From Dictyostelium discoideum (Eukaryota), in assembly GCA_000004695.1 (NCBI GenBank), contig CM000154.2:2624001-2688000 (forward strand): a stretch of 64,000 nucleotides of DNA, given 5' to 3'. How positions within the stretch are numbered: position 1 is the first letter of the stretch; every line of letters begins with the position of its first letter. Positions 55,922 to 64,000 of the stretch are shown piece after piece. A program made the translations under genes and the position numbers. Under the pieces are notes generated by a model. That model was not told the DNA's origin, searched no databases, and saw only the letters and a program-made list of their open reading frames with translations.

Positions 55922-57577
55922 GATTTTCCTGGTTTTATTTTCTTTTTTTTAAAATGTTATAATTTTTCTATATAGTTTTAATTTTAACTATGCCTAATTT
56001 TGAAATATTAATTTGAATTTTTAAAAATAAAATTATTAATATTATTAATTCTTTCTATGAGGGGGTTTTTTTTTTTTATTTGTTTTTTTATATTTTTATT
56101 CAAATTTTATTTTGTGTGGTGTGTTGCTGTTGAATGTGTTAAGTGGGTGTAGAAGTAGAGTTATTGTTTCTACCTTTAATATTAATGTATTTTTTATTAT
56201 TATTATTATATTATTATTTTTTATAAATTATAAATTTATGAATTATTATAAAAAAAAAAAAAAAAAAGACGATGAGTAAATTATTTTGTTTATTTTTTTT
56301 ATTTTTTATTTTTTTTTTTTTGTTATTATTAATTATTTCTATGTGTTCAGTCGTCTTTGTTGTTTATTAGATTGGAAAAAAATAAAAAAATAATAAAATT
56401 AAAAAAAAATTAAAAAATTGAATTAATCTAAAAAATAAATAAAAAATAAATATAAAAATAAATACTTTAAAAGATCTTTATAGTTTTAAAAAAAATTAAA
56501 ATTAAAAAAAAAAAAAAAAAATAATAAAAAAAATTTAAATTATTTTTTTTTTTTTTTTTTTTCATGTTCATGTTTTTTACCACACGTAAAAAAAAAAAAA
56601 TAAAAAATAAAAAATAAAAAAAATAAAAAAAAAAATAAAAAATAAAAAATAAAAAATAATAATTAATTTTCAGGGAAAGTAAAGAACACTCAATCAATGT
56701 TCGAGGGGGGGGGAAATAAACGAAAAATAAAATTAAATAAACTATTCTATCAAATATTGACAAGTAAAAAAAAAAAAAGTAAAATAAAATAATTGATAGT
56801 TTTAGATTATGGGATGTTTGAATTGAAAAAAAAAAAGTTGATTTCTTTTTAATCCCGTTAAAAATGCGCCAGGTGGTCAAAAATCGAAAAAATAAATAAA
56901 AAAAAAAAAAAGGTAACATAATTGTATTATAGTATAAACATTAAAGTACTTCCAATAAATTTTCTATTTTAATTTTTTTTCTTTTTTTTTTTTTTTTATA
57001 TAATTATTTATTTATTTTTATTATTTATTATTTTTTTATAAATTTTTTGAAATTGGACTGTTGGTAATCTTTAATTTATTTCCAAACATATGAAAAAAAT
57101 AAAAAAAATAAAAAAAATAAAAAATAAAAATTAAAAAATAAAAAATAAAAAATAAAAAAAATAAATAAAAAAAAATAAAAAAAATAGAAGACAAAGCGAT
57201 TGCATCATACTTCGAGTTTGGAACAATTTGGCAATAATTTTCAAAGAAATCCATTAAACAAAAAAAAAATAAAAAAAAAAAATAAAAAAAAAAAACACAA
57301 AAAAGGTTTAAATTAAATTTAATTAAATAAAAAGAAAAATAGTAATAAAAAAATCAGATTATTTCAATAATATATCAAAGGAAAACAATATTAATTGGTT
57401 TAAAATGTTTTCCTTTTTCTTCTTTTTTTTTTTATTTATTTTATTTTTATTTTTATTTTTATTTTTTTATTTTTTTTTCACGAACGAAACAAATTTTTTT
57501 TTTATTTTTTTTTTTATTTTTTTTTATTTTTTTTTTTTTTTTTTTTTTGCCCAAAACAAAGATAATTAATTAAAAAA

Positions 57578-58251
57578 ATGATAAATAGTTCATTTTCTAT
57601 TTATAAAAATAAAAAAATATTTTTAAATATTCCAAATATTTCGTCATTATCAAATCAAAGATTATTTTATTCGCAATTAAAAGTTGGTGAAGTTAATATT
57701 CCACCAATTCAACAAACAAATGAAGTTATTATTACAAATAAAAAATCACGTAATATTTGTGATAAATCAAAAATAGGAAAAATAGAACATGTAAATAGAC
57801 CATCAATATCAAAGGAAGAATCATTATTTCAAATATTTCAAAAGTATGAATTTAATAAAAGGGAATTATCAAATCAAACCATTTGGATACCAATTATAAA
57901 AACACAAAACTATAATTTCAATCCACTCTCTGTTGCAGAAATTGATCAATATCATCAAAGTGCTGATTTTAAATTATTAGAAACTTTTAAAAATTTATTA
58001 TCAAAAGAATTAAGATCAATAAATGATAAAAAAGGAAAAGAAATTTTTAAAGTTGAAAAATCATTATTTATAACTGAACCAAAACAACAAAATCAACAAA
58101 ATCAACAAAATCAACAAAATAATAATAATAATAATAATAATTCAATTTCAACAATTATTGAAAAACCTGAAGATTTTTTAAATTTTGATAAATTAAAACC
58201 ATTAAAATCTTATTTTAATAAAAGTATATATAATATAAATCAAATTATTGG

Positions 58252-58284
<33 letters not shown>

Positions 58285-59470
58285 TGAAAATAATAATAGT
58301 TTTAATCAAGCATTAGTATGGACTCAACAAATTTTACCAAATAGTTATAGAATTCAAAGATCACCAAATACTTTACCAAATGATTTAGCAACTGAATGTT
58401 TTAATTATATTTATCCAATTTTAAATCTTTTAAATTATATACATCAAGATAATTTCTCATTTACAATTCATTCAATTACAAATTGTACTGAAACCGATCC
58501 ATATAGTGATCAATTAAAATTAAAAGTTCGAAAAATTCGTAGAATTCTTGAAACCAAAATTCAAGATTCAAGAAAAAGAATTTTCAAACAAAAATATGAA
58601 CCAATTAAAGATACAATTGGTATTACTTTTGATAATATTATAAATTTAAATGGTTTAGATAAATATATATCAAATAATAATAATAATAAAGATGGTGGTG
58701 ATAATAATAATAATAATAATAATAATAAAGTATTATTTGTAATTCAATTATTATTAACATCAGAAACAAATGATTTATATATATCAATTGGTAGATCAAG
58801 TCATACAGATGGTAAAGGTTGGTCATTCCCATTACCTTATCCACAAGGTGTTGTACCACTTGAACGTGATCAAGTACCACCAAGTAGAGCATATAAAAAA
58901 TTAATTGAATCATTTCAATTAATGGGTAAAACTCCAACACCAGGTTCAACAATTGTTGAATTAGGTAGTTCACCAGGTGGTTGGACTTCAATATTAAATC
59001 GTCTTTATGAATATGATGAGGATCATTATAGTAATAATAATGATAATAATAAAAATAATAATAATGGTGATAATATAGAATCAATACCACCATTTGAAAT
59101 TCATGCAATTGATAGATCAAAATTAGATGCTGGATTTAATGATTGTAATAATATTTTTCAATATCAAGAAAATGGTACAAAATGGTTACCAACAAATCAT
59201 TTAGATGATTTAGAGAGTAATCCTGTTGGTTGGGTATTAAATGATATGTCAATTCCACCTGAACTTAGTTTAGAAACTTTAGAGAAATGGATTAAAGGTA
59301 AACATGCTCAATATTTCATTTGGGCAATTAAATTTATTGGTGATGAAGATTATAAATCAACAATTTCAGATTTTAATAAATTAATGGAAAAATATAATAT
59401 TAAAGATTTTAAAGTTAAACATTTAATTTATCAAGGTAATGAAATAATGTTAATGGGTAAAATTTATTAA
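57578..59470 (+). CDS. RlmM-like (bacterial-type, FtsJ-fold) rRNA 2'-O-methyltransferase family protein, 630 aa, single exon, with an N-terminal extension.
   Basis: ..PSRAYKKLIESFQLMGKTPTPGSTIVELGSSPGGWTSIL contains the SAM-binding G-x-x-PGGW motif of FtsJ/RlmM. ..IHAIDRSKL..WVLNDMSIPPELSLETLEKWIKGKHAQYFIWAIKFIGDEDYKSTISDFNKLMEKYNIKDFKVKHLIYQGNEIMLMGKI parallels the RlmM C-terminal region 'W.VCDMVEKP..V..L...W......ETIFNLKLPMKKRYEEV..NL.YI...L.EHGI.AQIQARQLYHDREEVTV'. Confidence 0.65.
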
Positions 59471-59595
59471 ATTATTAAAATAAATAAAAAAAAAAAAAAA
59501 AAAGTTTTTTTATAATATAAAGTTTATATTTTATTTTATTTTATGATACAAAATTGATTTTTTGAATGTGTTGTTGTTGTTGTTGTGTTTTATTA

Positions 59596-60417
59596 TTAAG
59601 CAGATAATAAAGTTTCAAATGATTGATTTGTACCATTTTCTAAAACTCTAACTATTGGAGTATATTCACAACGTTTATTGTTTACCAAGTATTGAGTTGC
59701 ATGACTGAATGCTGTTTTCTTTTCATTTGGTGATGATTTTGAACCGATCCAAGTATAGATTTCATTACCTAAATCAATGATGAAAACATCTTCAGATTTT
59801 AATGAGGATTTATTGATTTTACCACGTGAAACTTCAGAGAATTTAAGTGAACCAGATGCATCTGATAATTTGTATAAAACTTTTTCAGATTTGGTTGGGG
59901 CAGTTTCGTGTTTAGCAGCGATTGCACCTTTTCCACCTAAAAGTTTCCAAAATTCAGCTGGAATATCGGAATCGGTTTCACAGAAAACTTCAACTTTTGG
60001 TAAACCTTTTCTTTCTGCATCGATTGCACGTGCAACTTCAGCGGCTTTATTCTTTTCTTGTGGACTTGATTTACTACCATTGAATTGATAAATAGTTAAA
60101 CCTGCATCCAAAAGGAAACAGTCACCACTATTCAATGAACTGGTTGCCAATGGTACTTCAGCGACTTTAGCATTCTTATCACCACTAATATGTAATAATC
60201 TTGGTTTATATTCTGTTGGTTTAACATGATTAAATCCTGATTCAACACCACCTGATAAAATGAAATATTTTGGGAATAATGATAAAAAGCTTGGACTTTC
60301 ATATGATTGACATTGACGATATTGAATTGGTGCACCACCTAAGAAATCATCTAATTCAACTCTATTTTAAAAATAATAAAATAAAATAAAAATATATAAT
60401 CTTAGTAAATAATAATA

Positions 60418-60463
<46 letters not shown>

Positions 60464-60831
60464 CTTGGTCTCCGATTAATAATAACTTACGTTTTATAAG
60501 CAGCAGTGCCAGCTTCATCTTGAGTAGTAAAAGTACCTAAAAAGAAATGAATATCATGTTTAAGTGAATTACCTTCTTTAAAAGTATGTAAAATGATATA
60601 ACTATCACCATCATAGAATTTACCATATGATGATTCTGGAACTGGGACAACTTTAAAATTTTCAATTCTCCAAATCTTGAGACCTGGTGCTTGACCAACA
60701 CCTTTCCATTGAGCTTCAGTTGAAGCTGCATCCAATCTACATTTTTTATCTAAATCTGTTCCAATACCAGCTATAATAAATTTTTAAAAAAAAAAAAAAA
60801 AAAAATTATTATTAATAAATTGTGCAACTGA

Positions 60832-60894
<63 letters not shown>

Positions 60895-60940
60895 TACCAA
60901 CATTAGTTGAAGTAATATCTAATTTTCTATTCTTAATCAT
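59596..60940 (-). CDS. sevA: Severin (gelsolin-family, Ca2+-dependent F-actin fragmenting protein). CDS is complement(join(59596..60361, 60491..60770, 60898..60940)), 362 aa.
   Basis: Exon 1 encodes [14 protein letters not shown] and ends at donor GTAAGT. Exon 2 encodes [93 protein letters not shown] and ends at GTAAGT. Exon 3 encodes [88 protein letters not shown] followed by a stop. Every segment I can compare matches my memory of D. discoideum severin, and the reconstructed length is 362 aa. One coordinate inside exon 2 was anchored to the ORF track because my manual count near 60490-60735 was off by 1 nt. Confidence 0.92.
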
Positions 60941-61875
60941 TTTTGTATTTGTTGTTTTTATAATTGTTTTTTAAATTAATGATTTTAATAAAAAAAAAAA
61001 AATTGTTTAATAAATAGTTGAAAAAATAAAAAAAAAAATAAAATAAAATAAAAAGTCAAAAAATTAAAATATCAAAAAAAAAAAAAAAATAAAAAAAAAA
61101 TAAAAAAAGTTTAAATGAAAAAAATCCCTTTTCATATAAAACAGTTTTCATTAGATCCTTTAACATTTTTGTGAACGATGACTTGGGATCTGGAGATATC
61201 ACCTTTTAATTTTTTTTTTTTTTAATTTTTTTTTTTTTTTTTTTTTTATTGCCCTCTTCCCTTTGGTTTTTTATGATATTTTTTTTTTTTTTTTATTATT
61301 ACTTTTTTTTTTAGTTTGTATATAAAACCCTCTTCCTTTGGTTTTTTGTAATATTTTTTTTTTTTTTTATCATAAAAATTATTAATTTGTCCAATTCAAA
61401 AAAAAAATAAAAAGTTAAAATATTAATTTTTTTTTTTTTTTTTATAATAAAAATTTGATTTCTTTTGAAACCATGGGGTTATTTTTTTTTTTTTTTCCCA
61501 ATTCACTGAAATCCGCTAACCTGGATTCTCTTTAATATTTGATATTTTTTATTCCTAAATAAAATAATAATAATTTTTTATTTTTTGGCAAACATATTTT
61601 TTCTATTTATAAATACAATTCTCTCTTCATTTCTTTGGTTTTTTTTTTTTTTTTCTTTTTCTTTGGTAAAATCTGTTTGAGTTTTAAATTGATTTTTGGT
61701 TTTTAAAATAGTGACTTGTCATCTTTTTTTTTATTTTTTTTTAATTTTTTTTTTCCAATTTTTTATTTTTAAAATTTTTTATTTTTTTTTTTGTTTTTTT
61801 TTTTTTTTTTTATTTTTTTTTTTTTATTTTTTTCTTCAATTGTGGATAATTAAGAACAACACACGCACGCACACC

Positions 61876-62640
61876 ATGAGTAATAGCGATAAAAATAATA
61901 ATAATAACACTAATAATAATAACAATAATAATAATAATAATAATGGTAACTTTGGTATTTGGGAAGAACCAGATGATGATTCAACAAATGAAAATGAAGA
62001 ATTATTTAATAATTTAATTACCAAAACAACAAAATTTATTGACGACGATGAAGAGGAAGAAGAAGAAGAATCTTCATGGGATACTTTATATGCCAAACAT
62101 GTTGAAACTTCAAACACTACACAACCATTCAATAATAGTAATAGTAATAATAATAATTTTCAAACACAACCAACAAATATTTCAACATTAAATCCAAATA
62201 ATAATAATAGCAATAATAGTAGTAGTGGTAGTAGTAGTAGTAGAGGAGTTAGAACTCCAAGAGGTACAAGATCTAATTCACCACCACAACCATCAAAGAA
62301 TGAAACAGTTCAAAAAGAATCAAGTGGTGATATATCAGAAGGTTTCACTCTTATTGATTCTCCAAATGATAATAATGATAATAAAAATAACAATAAAAAT
62401 AATAATAATGATAGTAATATTGTAGATGATGATGAAGATGAGGAAGAATTCCCAACTCTTTCAAAAAAGAATCAAAAGAGAAAACCAAAGAAATCAACCT
62501 CATCACCATCATCAACATCATCACCAATTGTATCACCACAAACACAAACCTCAAAGCTTGAATCCTCAATGGATGTTAGTCCATCTTCTGGCAAACAATC
62601 TTGGAGTGAATTATTAAAGAATGTAGCAGATGAAGATATA

Positions 62641-62673
<33 letters not shown>

Positions 62674-62768
62674 TCAAACCAATATCATCAAGAAGAAGAG
62701 AATTACTATGATAGTGATGATTATGATAGTTCTCCATTTGCAATTATCAATAATAGTTCAACTACTAC

Positions 62769-62799
<31 letters not shown>

Positions 62800-63546
62800 A
62801 CAACAACAACAACAACCACTACTACTACAAATTCATCCTCTTTACCAATAGTAAATTCACAATCGTTTGAAGAGGGCGAAGAGATTACATCAGATATTAA
62901 GATTGGTATTAAACCAAAAACTGTTACAGTTCCATTCCAATCAACACTCTCTCTTAGAGCAAGAACAAAACAAATTAAAAAAGTTCAACAACAACAACAA
63001 CAATCCTCAAAATCAAAACCAAATAATAATAATAATAAGTTTGTAGATAATAATCCATACGCAGTATTAGAGGAAGAGGAAAGAGCACTTCAATCTGCAA
63101 TTAAAGCTTCACTTCTTTTAAATAGCCCTGTTGATTTAGATTCAAAACAACAAAATGTATCTCAACAAAAACAACAACAAGAACAACAACCAACTACTAC
63201 TACAAACTCTGTATCATCATCTAAATCTAAATCTGTAGCTACTACAGATAAAAATAGAACAACTTCAACAGCAGTAGCACCAACAACATCTTCAAATAAA
63301 AAAGCTAATAAATCAAATAAAACTTCAACTGCTAATACCACCGCTACCACCACTACTACTGCGTCATCCAAAAAGAATAAATCTAATAGCAATAAATCTT
63401 CAAATGTATCAAACACAACCACCACTACATCAACAACAGAAAATAGTGCCTCTGAGGGTAGTTTTATTAAAAATGCTGTTATATTCATCTTCATTTTGCT
63501 ATTAATGGTTGTTGGATTCAAATACACACAAACTTTAAATCAATGA
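61876..63546 (+). CDS. Low-complexity, tail-anchored protein with a ubiquitin-interacting-motif (UIM)-like helix. It is about 556 aa counted from ATG 61876; the ORF track's upstream extension uses non-ATG starts.
   Basis: MSNSDKNNNN.. is followed by acidic and S/T/N-rich tracts. PYAVLEEEERALQSAIKASLL fits the UIM pattern e-e-e-e-x-A-L-x-x-A-I-x-x-S. The final residues FIKNAVIFIFILLLMVVGFKYTQTLNQ form a single C-terminal TM helix before TGA at 63546. Confidence 0.55.
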
Positions 63547-63560
63547 AACATTAGAAAATA

Positions 63561-63639
<79 letters not shown>

Positions 63640-63660
63640 GTATTGATAATAATAATAATA
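63561..63660. repeat. (AAT)n microsatellite in a 3' flank.
   Basis: A perfect aat/ata run of about 30 units. Confidence 0.95.
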
Positions 63661-63825
63661 ATAAATAATAATATAATAATATTAATTAAATAAATGAATA
63701 AATTGAATTTCATATTATTTTTTTTATTTTTTAATTTTTTTTTTTTTATTTTATGTTAACCCAAAATAGTTTTTTTTTTAAATTTCCAAATAATTATTAT
63801 ATGTTTAAAAAAATGATATTAATTT

Positions 63826-63990
63826 TTAAACTCCACAAGGCTTCATACAAATTAAAGCATTAAATCCAGAGAAAAGTCTTCCACATCTTGCAATACATTC
63901 ATTTCTATAATTAGTTCCTGTGGTTGTCCAATTTTCAATATTGGTATTTTCTTCATTATTTTCATTTGAATGAACAATATTAATTGACAT
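63826..63990 (-). CDS. Short (54 aa) Cys-containing ORF at the window edge. It may be a small protein or the first exon of a gene that continues beyond the window.
   Basis: MSINIVHSNENNEENTNIENWTTTGTNYRNECIARCGRLFSGFNALICMKPCGV followed by TAA. It uses Dictyostelium-preferred codons (AGA, GGA, TGT). The ATG lies 10 nt from the window end, so the true start may lie outside the window. Confidence 0.25.
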   Translation of the reverse strand: MSINIVHSNENNEENTNIENWTTTGTNYRNECIARCGRLFSGFNALICMKPCGV

Positions 63991-64000
63991 TATTAAGTAA

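Noticed and set aside
60132-60338. ORF 60132..60338 (-), [12 protein letters not shown]..
   Set aside because: It overlaps severin exon 3 in a different frame. The severin frame reproduces the known protein.

Overview
The window is AT-rich (~75-80% A+T) eukaryotic nuclear DNA with the hallmarks of Dictyostelium discoideum: CAA/AAT trinucleotide tracts that encode poly-Q and poly-N, short AT-rich introns with GTAAGT or GTATGT donors and AG acceptors, and a Dictyostelium-typical codon bias. It is not a prokaryotic locus, and I found no defence island, operon, CRISPR array or tRNA gene. About 24 protein-coding genes can be supported. Those with clear family assignments are: a 5' HTTM-domain gene fragment; a large FERM plus ribonuclease-inhibitor-type LRR protein; DRG1-like GTPase; an N2227/carnosine-N-methyltransferase-like protein with very large poly-N/poly-Q inserts; an R2R3 Myb protein; a La protein; succinyl-CoA ligase alpha; an OMA1-like M48 peptidase; a three-RRM RNA-binding protein; Mediator Med21; Nse2/Mms21 SP-RING ligase; a sphingosine-kinase-like lipid kinase; an HDGF-like PWWP protein; a patatin-like phospholipase; an intron-rich LRR/EGF/TIG type I membrane protein; COX11; a syntaxin-1-like t-SNARE; an RlmM-like bacterial-type rRNA 2'-O-methyltransferase; severin (exact match to the known sevA protein); and a UIM-containing tail-anchored protein. 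Non-coding features worth a second look are: two ~430-450 bp repeat copies exactly 1,500 bp apart inside a 3.1 kb ORF-free interval; a GC-rich 190 bp locus that is either a 61-aa protein or an Sm-site snRNA-like gene; and a DUSE-type upstream element followed ~60 bp later by a GC island with a T-run, which is a candidate small ncRNA. There are also clear assembly problems: two N gaps, a low-quality homopolymer-inflated duplicate read inserted inside a gene, and a pUC-polylinker-like 11-mer at a gap edge. Coordinates come from manual splice reconstruction anchored to the supplied ORF track, so exon boundaries may be off by 1-2 nt, and where my count and the ORF track disagreed I say so.
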